A DNA stretch of 64,000 nt from Trichosphaerium sp. ATCC 40318 (GCA_038496445.1 JALMLS010000424.1:1-64000), one strand, 5' to 3'; shown: positions 26,876-39,464, counted from the stretch's first letter. Made by a program: numbers and translations. The notes: a model not told the origin generated them from the sequence alone.

Positions 26876-28013
26876 CAGTGGTAAATTTAAATTGGGGTTT
26901 TTAAGGGATTCCGTCTTAAAATCCTAAGGATTTATAAGCGGAAAATCTCTTCCTTTATTCCTATGGAATCCGGACGGAATTCCCTATGGAATCTGAATGG
27001 AATTCCCTATGGAATCCGGATGGAATTCCTTAAAGAATCTGGACGGAATTCCTTAAGGATTAACAACGGAATTCCCAATGGATTTTTTATGAAATTCCAA
27101 ACAAATTACCTTGAAATACTTTACAATATTTACATCAAGTCTTGTAGCACAAAATTCGTTTTATTTACCAATGATAATTTAGTTACGAAACGCAAATGTT
27201 CCACACGCTATCGTGTACAGGTCAAACTCATCAAATCTTTCCAATCTTTGGCCAAGAATTTTATCGCACCTGGTATCGCAATCATAAACTGCTAATAACG
27301 CATTTGTAGAAGCTAAAATAAGAAAAGAGTAGTTTTTTGATAAATTAAATGGAAATAACCTTCAAAAACAATGTACTTGAGATTAATGCCCTAAATGCGT
27401 GTCCTAGTGGTGTGTAAAGGCCTTTGAAATGCTTTACAAGCCTCAAAACAGATTAGTAAGCGATATAGAAATATTGCTGCTAACAAAAATCACCAAAATA
27501 CTTATCTTGCTTACTTTTTGATTTAACGTCTTTTTGTTGTATCCATTGGTTTTCTACACCAATAAAAGGGTGACGATGTGGTTTACTAAAAAAAAACTTG
27601 GTTAGGTAAGGCTTTGATAGTTGTCGAAATAATGAATAATTTTGAATTTTCACCAAAAATATTTTTCAAAGGAATTCTCACAAAATCCATATGGAATTTC
27701 GTTAAAAATCCCTATGGAATTCCATTAAAAATCCCAAGGGAATTCCCTACAAAATCCATATGGAATTCTGTTAAAAATCCCTTCAATTATTCCCATTGAT
27801 ATGCTGCCAACATTTGCCAATATTGTTGTTTGGGATTTTTTTACAAATCCCAAGGAATTCCTTATTTTAATGGAATATAGCAGAAATCCCATCAAAAATC
27901 CAATCGAAAATTCAGATTGCTTAGGGATTTTTTCCACAATTCTGCTAAAATCCTTAAAAAACACGGAATTTAACAGGATTCCAGAGGAAAATCCCGTTTT
28001 TAATTTACTACTG
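26876..28013. mobile_element. Non-autonomous TIR element family B (1138 bp)
   Basis: Imperfect TIR CAGTGGTAAATT / AATTTACTACTG; GGAATTCC/AAATCC subterminal arrays at both ends; interrupts the MORN gene with flanks ATA|...|ATG. Confidence 0.85.
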
Positions 28014-28624
28014 ATGGTATGACAATGATCAAAAAAAAGAAGAGATTGTTTATTCGAATGGTAAGAAGAATGGTGATTATAAAAGTTGGTACAGAAATGG
28101 TAATAAGAAGATGGAGTGTTGTTATATTGATGGTAAAAAGAATGGAGAATATCAGGTCTAAAATTTTAAGTGGTATATACCACTTTTTTTTTGGTATATA
28201 CCTTTTTTTTAGAGAAAATGGTATTATACGTGGTATATACCACTTACAATATACCATTTTTTAAGGAATTAAGTGAAACAGAAATCAGTTTTATCTTCCT
28301 TTTTGACTTCTCATTTGTTTCAAATAACAACAAATGGCATATACCAAAAAAAAGAGATATATACCAATTTGTTAAAACTTGCATAGGTATCTAAGAAAGC
28401 ATCGTGTTACACTGTCATTTACATTGCAATGGTCATATTTCATGGCCACTGCAATACAAACGGCAAACACATTTTACAGGTTGATAACACCAGTTGTAAG
28501 CCTCAGCGGTAGATGTTGTTACTTGTAAAGATAGTCAGTAAAGGATAAATACAGTCAGTTGGAATGTGTTTTATAAAGTTAAATACCAAATGTGTGGATG
28601 AAATGCTTCATTTGTATACACCAA

Positions 28625-29270
28625 TTTTAAGTACATCAAGTGAAGGTGCTTCTTGTAGGTACATCAAGTGTAGGCACATCAAATGAAAGCACTTCAGTTG
28701 TAGGTACATCAGGTGTAAGCACATCGAGTGAAAGCGCAGTATATCAGGTGTAGGCGCATCGAGTGAAAGCGCTTCAGTTGTAGGTACATCAGGTGTAGGC
28801 GCATCGAGTGAAAGCGCTTCAGTTGTAGGTACATCAGGTGTAAGCACATCGAGTGAAAGCGCAGTATATCAGGTGTAGGCGCATCGAGTGAAAGCGCTTC
28901 AGTTGTAGGTACATCAGGTGTAGGCACATCAAGTGAAAGCGCTTTATATCAGGTGTAAGCGCATCGAGTGAAAGTGCTGTACATCAGGTGAGGCAGTATA
29001 TCAGGTGTAAGTGCATTGAGTGAAAGTGCAGTTTATCGGGTGTAGGTGCATCAAGTAAAAGCGCAGTTTATCGGGTGTAGGTGCATCGAGTGAAAGCGCA
29101 GTTTATCGGGTGTAGGTGCATCGAGTGAAAGCGCAGTTTATCGGGTGTAGGTGCATCGAGTGAAAGCACTTCAGTTGTAGGTACACCAGGTGTAGGCGCA
29201 TCAAGTGAAAGCACTTCAGTTGTAGGTACATCAAATGTAGGCACATCAAGTGAAGGTGCTTTAGTTGTAA
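28625..29270. repeat. Minisatellite of mixed 35- and 45-bp units
   Basis: Repeated AGGTGTAGGCGCATCGAGTGAAAGCGC followed by TTCAGTTGTAGGTACATC or AGTTTATC; no unique spacers. Confidence 0.9.
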
Positions 29271-29669
29271 GAGCGTTTGTAGTTCGGACATCAGTAATTG
29301 GAATATTTGTAGTAAAGAGAGGTAGGCGGTTGAGTTGTTGGTTAAAAACCTTGATTGATCTATGGAAAGGTCAGAACAATCTTCATTTAAAACTTTAATG
29401 TTTGAAATAAATGTACCTTTCTTATTTTTTTCTGGAAATTTTATTGTATAGCGAGGTAAAAGTTCACGTGATATAGAGTACGTACCACTATATATCCTAC
29501 ACCAAGAAGTGCTGGTGATGAGTTGAGTGCTAGTACAAGGAGGTATTTGCCAATATAAGCAACAAAGGTTGTGGAGCTTGTCCATGTTTGGAATCCAGAC
29601 TCAAAGAACTTTACAACAGCGCCAACCTGTACAGAATGTCAAAATGCTTCACATGTTACTTGAGTGTGT

Positions 29670-30405
29670 TGAGGGGTTGAACATTGCTGTAGGGGTTTGG
29701 GCATCGCTAGAAGGTTTTGGGCATCACTGGAGGGTTTGAGCATCACTGAAGGTGTTTGAACATCACTGAAGAGGTCTGAGCATCGCTGGAGGGGTTTGGG
29801 CATTTATGAAAAGGTCTGAGCATCGCTGAAGGGGTATGGACATTGTTGGAAAGGTTTGGGCATCACTGAAGAGGTTTGAGCATTGCTGGAGGAGTCTGGA
29901 CATCGCTGGAGGGGTTTGGACATTGATGAAGAGGTTTGAGCATCGCTGGAGGGGTTTGAGCATTGCTGGAAAGGTCTGGGCATCACTGAAGAGGTCTGAG
30001 CATTGCTGGAGGAGTTTGGACATCGCTGGAGGGGTTTGGACATTGTTGGAAAGGTCTGGGCATCACTGAAGGGGTTTGGACATTGATGAAGAGGTCTGAG
30101 CATCGCTGGAGGGGTTTGAGCATTGCTGGAAAGGTCTGGGCATCACTGAAGAGGTTTGAGCATCACTGAAGAGGTTTGAGCATTGCTGGAAAGGTCTGGG
30201 CATCACTGAAGAGGTTTGAGCATTGCTGGAGGGGTCTAAGCATTGCTGGAAAGGCCTGAGCATCACTGGAGGGGTATGGACATCGCTAGAGGGATCTGGC
30301 ATCATTGGAGGGTCTGGACATCGTTAAAGGGTTCTAAGCATCATTGAAGGGGTTTGAGCATCACTGGAGGTGTCTGGACATTGTTAGAGGATCTGACATC
30401 GCTGA
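29670..30405. repeat. 20-bp minisatellite with ~60-bp higher-order structure
   Basis: Units such as CATCACTGAAGAGGTCTGAG / CATCGCTGGAGGGGTTTGGA / CATTGCTGGAAAGGTCTGGG in register every 20 bp. Confidence 0.92.
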
Positions 30406-30604
30406 AGGATTTACTTCCAGAAATTGGTAAAAGACTTCTACCAGTCTCGGCATACAGTTTTAATGCTGAGAAAATAAAGTAAGATACAAGTGAACAAACA
30501 ACAGTTGAAGGATTCATGAGCGTACCATTTTTACCAACTTTGAAGGCATTTACAAGTTGCTTAGCGGATCCTAGCAAATTTTCCCACTAAAATTAATGTC
30601 AGCA

Positions 30605-31686
30605 CAGGGCTGAAACTCAACAAGGCATTTTTGGACAATGCCTAGGCATTTTCATCCAAATAATGCCTTATTTTTTACAAAAATGCCTAGTTTTTGCCTT
30701 ATTCAAAAAGGCAAATACAGGGCAATGCCTTATTTTTTGCTCCAAAAATGCCTTATATTTGATGAAAAATGCTTGCATCTGGTACACAAGATTGCAATGG
30801 TTTTGCCTGCATATTTTTAAGAATTATGCCCTTCAAATTAGGGCATAACTCATGCATCAATGCCTTATTTTAAAGGCAAAAAAAAAGCATTATCATAGTC
30901 TATAGTGCCTAATAAACCAGGGCATTTTCAGGTAATAACACAACTATTTATTTTATAATACAGTACACATACAATACACAAAACTCCTAAGTCCACATTT
31001 GAAAAAACCTTAAAGAAAATATGAGATGGTGTAGAAAAAAAAAAAAAAAAAACTTACCTTGTAGTGTTAGAATTCCGCGGTCCTGGAAATATCGCGGAGT
31101 TCACTCCTACTACTGTTGTAGGTGAAATAGGGTGCTGCGGTTCGTTTGGCGGTGGTTTCGTCTAATTTCATGAATTACTAAGAGCGATAGGTGCCTGTCT
31201 ATATAAAACGTCAGTAGGTGATGTGAAAAAAAAAGTGTAAAAGTTGTTTGACTGTTACTTACCTTAAACCACTTCCTTAATGTGATCAGTCCCTATGATA
31301 TAGTATAGGCAATGCCTTATATATGAATTAAAATACAAGGCATATAATGCTTAAAAAAATAAAGCATAATAAAGGCATAAAGTACTTGCAATACAGGGCA
31401 TTACTTGATTTTATGCAATGCCAAAAAATGCAATACAGGGCATTACTTGATTTTATGCAATGCCAAAAAATGCAATACAGGGCATTACCTGATTTTATGC
31501 AATGCCAAATAATGCCCAAAAATGCCTGGTTTTAATGCCTTTTTGATGAAGGCATTGCCTTTTTGTAAAAATGCCTTATTTTATTGGGCAATGCCAAATG
31601 CAAATGCCTTGATTTTGCCATCTGATGCCAAATGTTAGGAATATGCATCATTTTTTAAGGCAATGCCTAGCTGAGTTTCAGCCCTG
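30605..31686 (+). mobile_element. Non-autonomous TIR element family A, copy 2 (1082 bp)
   Basis: Same TIRs; CA|...|CA 2-bp TSD; carries an extra ~39-bp tandem duplication near 31390-31470; nested in the giant element. Confidence 0.93.
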
Positions 31687-32888
31687 CACAAAATCAAGAA
31701 TAAATCACGTGTTTTCCAAAAAAAAACTAGTCAGTCAACTTACCTCTGAGATTGATACTTCCAGATTCATCAAGAACCATGACAATATCAAAAACTTGTG
31801 CACACTCATCTGTACAACCATCATGCGAGGCTCTTTTAAAAAAAAAAGGTTAGTTGAAACAAACTGGTTTTTTTTGGTTAAAAACGTACTGATCTTCCAA
31901 AAAAGTATTGTTAGGGAAGGAAGAGCTCTACTCACGTTGATACTGTGCAACTCTTCGCTTGTAGAAGTGCATACGCAATTGTAGTCGCTTCAATCTTGCT
32001 TCAACTCGACCTAGGTTGCTGGTAAGCGCACTTGAACATAAAACAAGAAAACCCAAAACCAGTCTTTGAATTGGTACTAAATGATCTACCTCTTGTGATA
32101 AACTCTAGAAATGGTACTTGTTCCTCTGGTTCGTACTCAAAACCAAAAGGAGCAAATATCTCATCTATCGGCTATTAGCTACGAAAAACTGAATTATGTT
32201 AGCAATGCGCAAAAACTTAGAAAACAGTATGTGATTGGATGATAGCAAAGTAAACATTTTGATGGTTTTAGTTGGGTATGTACCTCATTTTGGGTTTATT
32301 TTGGGTTGGACGCTTTGTAGGCGCTGCAGCAGGTGAGGTACAACTGGCAAGACAACTAGCGTTTGGCTAGTTTTGGTCGCTTGAGAGAATTTAATGTATT
32401 TGCGCTGAAGGGTAAGTTATTTGAGGCTATAAAAATTGTTAGGCGTACCTCAGCATTTTTATTTCTCAACCATAAAAACTCTTGATGTAAATAGCCATTG
32501 GCATCTCATTTAGTTGCCCTATCAGTTCCAAAGCTATTTGTAAGTCAGAAAAAGCCTGGTCAGCAAATTTATTTTATCCCGGCCAAAAACAACAGCTGTA
32601 AGCACAAAATACTCGCAAAAATAAGTTACACAAATGTGTAAAGTGTCAGTGCTGAGGCTTGTTGTACAAGTCAGAAAACGAAGGGTTTGTAGAAATAATT
32701 TGAGTTTTTTAAATGAATGTCAAAGCCGTAGTACGTACCTCACATTCATAATCTAACGCAGGCACCTGCAAAACAATGTTGTTAAAAAGCTGGTAAAATA
32801 CCAGCGTTAAAATTAAACGTGCAAGTTGGGAAAAATAAATTTCCGTGTTTTGTTTTTTTATTTTCGTTGAAGTTTTTTTTTTCTTACC

Positions 32889-33260
32889 TGTTTGAAATGC
32901 ATTAATCTCCAGGATATTCGTTTGGAACCACGGTAATGAGAAAACAGCCATTGTTATAATAGCTGCTGGTATTGAAACTGATATCGTGAGGCCTGAACAA
33001 AATTTGTTAGAAAATGAAGCGTCCCGTGCTGTAAATAAACTAGTGTGTAATCAAACACGTTAAAACACTCGTGAGAAGTATTGTTAAAGCAAAACACAAC
33101 GTTTTAAAGTTCCTTACCTGCAAATAAGCCCAAATACGTATTTGCTGATGACAGTAGCAAACTAAGTATCAAAACCATAACGACTGCCTTTACTACGCAC
33201 TGTCAAGCGTCATTGTTGAAAAAATAAACGTACCTGTAATTTCTGGCAAATCACGCTCAC
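32889..33260 (-). pseudogene. Captured N-terminal fragment of an OPT-family oligopeptide transporter (3 exons)
   Basis: Spliced translation LPEIT/VKAVVMVLILSLLLSSANTYLGLFA/GLTISVSIPAAIITMAVFSLPWFQTNILEINAFQT matches the conserved OPT N-terminus; the remaining TM helices are not seen. Confidence 0.78.
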
Positions 33261-36200
33261 TGTCATCCTCCACAGACACTACCACATGATGATTGTAACT
33301 CCGTGTGCACTGCATTCCTAGTGCATCACAAGTACAGTATCCAAGCGTACAAACGGACTTGACAGGATTAGCGATAGGGATAATATATCGCACAGGTGTA
33401 TGGAGATACAAATGTAATGGTGATCTACAAGTTCCATGCCAGATGCATTCGTCTTTTCCTGAAGAATGATACAACGATAATCATATACAAGGTATCCTCT
33501 TCATTGTCAACCTGTGAGCTAAAACAGCCAATGAGATGAAACAGAAGAGAAAAAAAAAAGAATGTACTCTTTCCATTCTGCTATAAGTTGTCTTTCGAGT
33601 TCTGATGTCCAGTTAACGCCAGACAGCTTGTTAACCGTTGTCTTTAATGTCTCAGCCTGTGTTTTCTTCTCGTTATTGTACTCTTCAAGGTTAAGGTCAT
33701 CGTAGTTATCTATAGGCCCTTCTTCGCCTTCTGGTATCGCTTAGTATTTTGAGCCACACTAATTTTTCGGTGAGTTTTTCCTTTTCCAAGAGTTTCGTTG
33801 TTATAACACATAGAGCTTATACGTACTTCATAACCTCGAGAACATCTCTAAGAGTAAGTGGGTATGCCACACGGGCAATAACTGCCGGGTTTAAGGACAA
33901 GATATCGCGAAAATTATGTACAACCTACGAAAGTTTTAATAAAGTTTTCTAAACAAACATTCGTACGGTTCTAACTGCTTTCTGTAGTCCAATGAGCACT
34001 TTAGATGGCTTCTCAGCAAGTATTCTATTGAACACATACATAAAAGGTAACTACAGAAGAAATAAGGCATAAACAAGAACAACAAAGCACACGTGTTAAG
34101 TTGGTAGCAAAAAAAAAACAGAAAAAAACTCACATGGCACAAAACACCTTCCAACCCAATCGAAAAGTTCTCCACCATTGTTGCAATATGCTCGTTAGTA
34201 TAAGGGTTATTGGTAAGATACGTTTCAGCCAAAATCATATAGTTCGTAGCAATTCGATGAGTGCAATATCTTCGGACATAGCTCTTTTCTTGTGTTAGAT
34301 AGTTTAGAAGCAGGAGAAAAAACGAACCCTGTAGTTGAATAGTTTATCGTTTGCGAATGTCTCAGCGATCTCTCCGCTCATCAGCTGCAGCATCATATTC
34401 AGCATTCTCTTCCCTTTGTAGATCTGCTATGTCTTGAAGCTCAGTAGCTCTAGTGCCTAAACAAGAATTACAAAACATGACTAGACTTCAATATTAACTT
34501 ACCACCTGTAGCATGACCTCTGCTCTTTTTCTTAACAATGAGGCTACTCTAATGGGTACCGTGTTGCTTAAAGAGTCTATGTAACCGGTGTACTAACTCT
34601 ATCAAGGTCACCAAATACCTAGAAGGAAATCAGCGTACGCCAATAGAAAAAAACAAAGAGATCAAATAAACGTACTCTTTAGAGTTTTGGTTCGGCTTGT
34701 AAACACTCATCAAGTGTTGTACAGGCGCAAGTACTGTTTCTACCTTGTAGAATATATTGGCTTGTATGGTTTGTGATATTCTATAACTTTCAGTGTCATT
34801 CATTAGCGTCAAGGCACCGAGCTATGTAAGAGCGTTAAACTTCACTAAAGAAGAAGAAAAAGATCTTTCAAAGTCAAAAAACGATGCCGTTCTGGCGTAG
34901 CACGTGGTTTTTAAAAACCCCCCATACCATTGCATTAAGCGCAGATACAGCTGCTTCAAGTTTTTTGAATCCCGACTCTCTGGTGAGACACATGTATTTA
35001 TGTTTGAAGAAATAATACTAAAAACATTCATTCCCATAGTAGATCTACAAAAAAACATCAGCACGAGTACAACTCTACATTCGTTCTTGTCGCGACACCG
35101 TACCTAATTATTGGTACGCCATATGTAGGTTCAAGCATATCTTTGCCTATTTGAATCAAAGAACGTCAGTAACCAACAAAAGCACTCAAAAAAAGAGTTG
35201 TATTTAGTACCCTTTTTTTTTATGCAACTATCTGCTGCTAAATTAAGCTTATGCTCCGTCCAAAGAATAAATCGATTTAGATATTGGCCACGGTTTAACA
35301 AAAAACAAAAATAGAAAGTACATGTTTCCACATGAGTTATTAACGTCAGTTAGCCGAGGAAGTTAGGTTGTCAAAAGCCGGATAGAGCTAAATCGCTAAA
35401 AGGCAAAGACTAGTTACAATCTACCTACGCTCTCTCACCATCAACAGTGCAAACTCTACATTTGCATTAGCATGAATATTACAATAAATAAAATACCTTT
35501 CATGCAGTTTCTTCTTTAGGCGCCTGACCGGGGTAAGCTACATAAATACGCGTTAATTAACAACGAGCTCACCCAATACGTGAACAAGCGCCTGCTCATC
35601 AAATACAAAATAAAGTGGCTAAAAGAGCTTTTGCGTAACTGAGTTGTACTAAAGCGTACCGTGGTAATACAAGCATTGCCAAGCAATTTATTCATCCGCA
35701 TTGATAGCATAGATTGGTTAATAAACTACATTACATTAGTCATACTCGCCCGCTACAGCACACTGAATTAGTTTTTTTAAAGCAAGCGAAAAGTTATTTT
35801 CAATCGTGTAAGTACTTCGCTTGAACAATTTACACGAGGAAACGTAGTGTACGTACTATATCAGCTGCGATGTTGTTTGTTTAAGCAAACTTACTTAACC
35901 CTTGTTTTCATGCCAATTGAAGCATCGCTGTAGGTAAGTGGTATTTGTACACGAACGCATAAGTGGTAAAATATTTCAACAATCTTTCTCTAACTTGTAT
36001 TAGCTCTTGAATAGCGTAAGAAATAAAGCAAAGTACGGAAATTATTTAGCGGTTTGGCGAGCATTTTCATTTTTAAGCTTTTAGCCTATTTTGCAAAAAT
36101 TCATAATTGTCTCTTGTCTACACCAACGTTATCCACACACACAAGCGATGTAGAACAGAGCATTAAAACCATTTCAGAAATTTGGAAAATGGAAGGTTTT

Positions 36201-36370
36201 TTTTGGCGAACCTCTTGCTTAAAAAGCATCCCAAATGCTTTTATTCGCCCAAATACATAGATGTTTTCTCGGACAAATCTTTTGCAGCTTTTTTTTGAAC
36301 ATGCCGTATTGCCGCGTTTTTGACTGTTTAAAAAGCAATCTCGATAAAAAGGACTTAATCGTTTGTGAAG

Positions 36371-39338
36371 ATGAGTCAGCTACGTGCTGCAGCCAGCAAA
36401 AAGAGGTATGAATTTTTGTTTCAAGGAAACAATTTTGACGTTTTGAATTTTACCAATATTGGTATCACAGCATAGAGCATGTACTAACGTTGTGTATTAG
36501 AAAACGTGTTGCCTCTGCCAAAAAACAACAAAACGTGAAAAAGATAAAAGTGACATGCGTTTTAAAGGACACGGCGAATGAAACTGAACAGGCACAGTTA
36601 CCTTACCTATGCACATATTTATTTATTGCTACAATAGATATCTACAAATTCAACAAGACAGGAAGAGCTAAAAAAGAACATTAAGGACACAATAGCTAAC
36701 TTGCAGGCGTCGCTTGATGAAGTGATTGAAATTGGAGGTGTGATAACGCTTAAGCAACCATGGGCAAAAAAGCTGAGTATAATTCAAAAGTTTTACTCTG
36801 AAAAGTATGTGAAGATGGTAGTTGACCGCTACTTACCACCGAACATTCAAAATCCCACAAAAACAATGTTAAAAAACATTGACGAGGTATATTTTGTGGA
36901 CTTTTTGTAGACTCACCTTTTAATAGGCTAAACGTAAAGGTAAACAATACAATGTCTCTTACACTGCTTTGCTGGAAATGGGATTTGAGGTACAAAGAAG
37001 ACGATTACAAGGTGAGATATGCTTTTAATTATTTACTCTTGTGTTCATTGTTTTTTTAGAAGAACGTAAAAACTTAGAGAGTGCATCTCCTTATGGCACC
37101 TTAAATAAATTTTTTGCCAAGAGAGATTTAGTGGTTGTCTTAAAAATTCTTGGTGGTAAAGAGTTGCCTACTTCAAAGTGTGTACCTAAAGACGCTGACA
37201 AAAACAACAAAAGAAGGGTTGAGCATGTCATTTTTGAAAAAGGAAAACATGCCACTTTGTTAAAGATCCCTTGGGACAAATCCGCACATGATGTTTGGCT
37301 TACCAAGTTTTCTTTGACAAAAAAGTTGTTACAAGCATGTAGAAGCTTTGCTGTTACAGCAAAGAATGAGCTCAAATATAAAGTACGTCAATCATTAAAT
37401 TAGCAATTACTGGGGGTTTTTTCTTAAAGTACTATTTAGTATTGGTCAAAACCAGGCAATCTATGGCATACAAATATTATGAGAACCTACAAAAGTCAGA
37501 ATTATGGCTCTATTCTGTGTGTCACTCCTTTTTCTGGTGCGTTATTCCCATTGAATCTGTTTTAAACGTCTGACTTGAGGTGGTAGAAAAATTTTGTGGT
37601 AATTCTGAAATTAAAGTACCTATTGAGTTGTCGGACACTAGATTGGCACTATTGCAACCTCTAATTGACATTCATAACCACTTGACATCAAATGCGCAAC
37701 AATTTAATGAAGTTGAAGAGGCAGGCATGACCATAGAACTTAAGGTACATTGATTGTTTATGATGTCGATTACTTTTTTTGTAAAGGAGTGGAAAAAAGG
37801 CAAATCTAATTTGCGGATGCATACAGATGGAGATCAAGGACAATTATACTGTGGTAGTGGTATAACTTGTTTTGGATTCATGTTAAAAGATACAAATGGA
37901 GGAGCACAAGCCACAAAAGATATTGTGATTAGAACAAGCAAGTTTTACCATGATAATCTCACTGACTATTAACACCATAACAGAAGGCGGAGACCTTAAG
38001 GTCAGCAGCACAAACTTTGTGTGGGCTTTGACAAATGTGGATGAAGCAGCAAACGTTGCTCAAGGCTTTGGGCCAGGAATAGTAAAACATTCTGTAGCAG
38101 TCAAAGTGCCTACCAAAGTTAGATATTTCTCGTTGATTATCAGACACTTCATCAAAGCAATTCCAAAAATGAGTGCTGATGCCATAAATAAGCAAAAGTT
38201 TTTACTAAGTTTGGCAAGCAAAACTTACAAACCACAAGTTATTACAACATTCATTGATGGTTGATCTAAAAAATGAAAGATTCTTAGCTAATAGACACTT
38301 GCTGTTATCATCGCCACACACGCTACCTGAACCAGGCAATGGCATTACAATCATTCAGCCTGGAACTAAACTGGTTTACAATATTGACGGGTACTGCTTT
38401 TCTTATTGGTTTTATTGTTACATACTAACTCACTACGTAGTTTACATGAAATGGGCTTGATTGCTTCAAATGAATTTACATTTCAAGGCCACGTGACTGT
38501 AGGATTAAAAGTTACATTAAAGAAAAGAGTTCTTGCAAAGGAGTATGTTCAGTTAATTTGTTTGTATCAACAGCTATTGATTTCGAGGTTTAGATACTTT
38601 GATGGAGATTGGGCATTGGTGTACTCTACTGCAACTAAAAAATCACAACAGAGAGTCAATAATTTGATTAAAAGCTCATTGCAAATGCAATATAAGAATG
38701 AAGAGGATCCAAACATTGGTTGTACATTCTTAATAACTCCGTGCAGTATTTTAAAGCAATATGATAGTTCCAATTATGATGATCTTGAATGTACTCATAC
38801 CATAGTAGTTACAGATTCACTTTTTAATATTGTGTTAGGTGGCTGAGAGCTTGGTGTAATCTCTAGATGGTATGTTCACGGTTTAGTCTATTATGGAAAA
38901 CAACCAGTTGTTGTATTCAGAAAAATGAGACGGATTAAACCAGCAAAAGTAATTAGTCAACCATTTGGAGAAGCTGAACCTTCTAAAGAAATATCTTTGC
39001 GTCTCAACTGTAAGTGTTGTACACCATGCCCGCACTTTTTGGACATTTTTACTGATGAAGTTTCTGATTTGGAGCTATCTGATAAAGAGATAATTGAAAC
39101 TGAAACGCAACATTGGAAGCAAGTGTCAATGTCATCAAGTACTAGTATTTTATAGTTTGTGTTTATTAACTATTATTGCAGAGCTTACAAAGATCGACAC
39201 GAAGTTTATCATCACAGACAAACAAAGAGTAAAGCACACAAAGACATATAATCGTGTGTCAGTAACTTTAAAAATGGAATGTTTACTGTTTTAGGTTTAC
39301 ATGAACTTATTGATAAACAAACAGTAATAAATGAATAA
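36371..39338 (+). CDS. Transposon cargo protein: putative 2OG-Fe(II) dioxygenase domain followed by an SRA/YDG-like domain and a Cys-rich tail; may carry lesions
   Basis: HxD in LRMHTDGD (H 37820), GGDL, distal H in VKHSV (38088), R in VRYFSLIIR (38121). Downstream LHEMGL...EYFDGDWALVYS...QQRVNNLIKSS...VVVFRKMRR; CKCCTPC. Apparent in-frame TGA at 38844-38846. Confidence 0.55.
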
Positions 39339-39464
39339 TTATCATTTACACGGCCTCTCAGTATTCATTTTTTCAATAACTCATTGCAGTTTAGGTTTTT
39401 ACAAGTGACTAACTTAATTGATTTGAGGAACATTTACATTTTTTTTGTTTTAGTGGCACGTGTG

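Larger units (their letters stand above)
30341..35911 (-). pseudogene. Multi-exon minus-strand cargo gene(s) of the giant element, chimeric or degraded; includes a Cys/His-rich exon and an OPT transporter fragment
   Basis: Series of GT-AG-bounded exon-like segments. Cys/His exon CIWHGTC...CTLGYCTC (33235-33474). Family A copy 2 lies in one of its introns. Gene count and limits uncertain. Confidence 0.45.

Noticed and set aside
28625-30405. CRISPR or telomeric arrays
   Set aside because: Head-to-tail degenerate minisatellites without unique spacers; not a short telomere motif.
38844-38846. Alternative genetic code (TGA read-through)
   Set aside because: Host genes in the window use TGA, TAA and TAG as normal stops; an isolated lesion or unrecognised splice is more likely.
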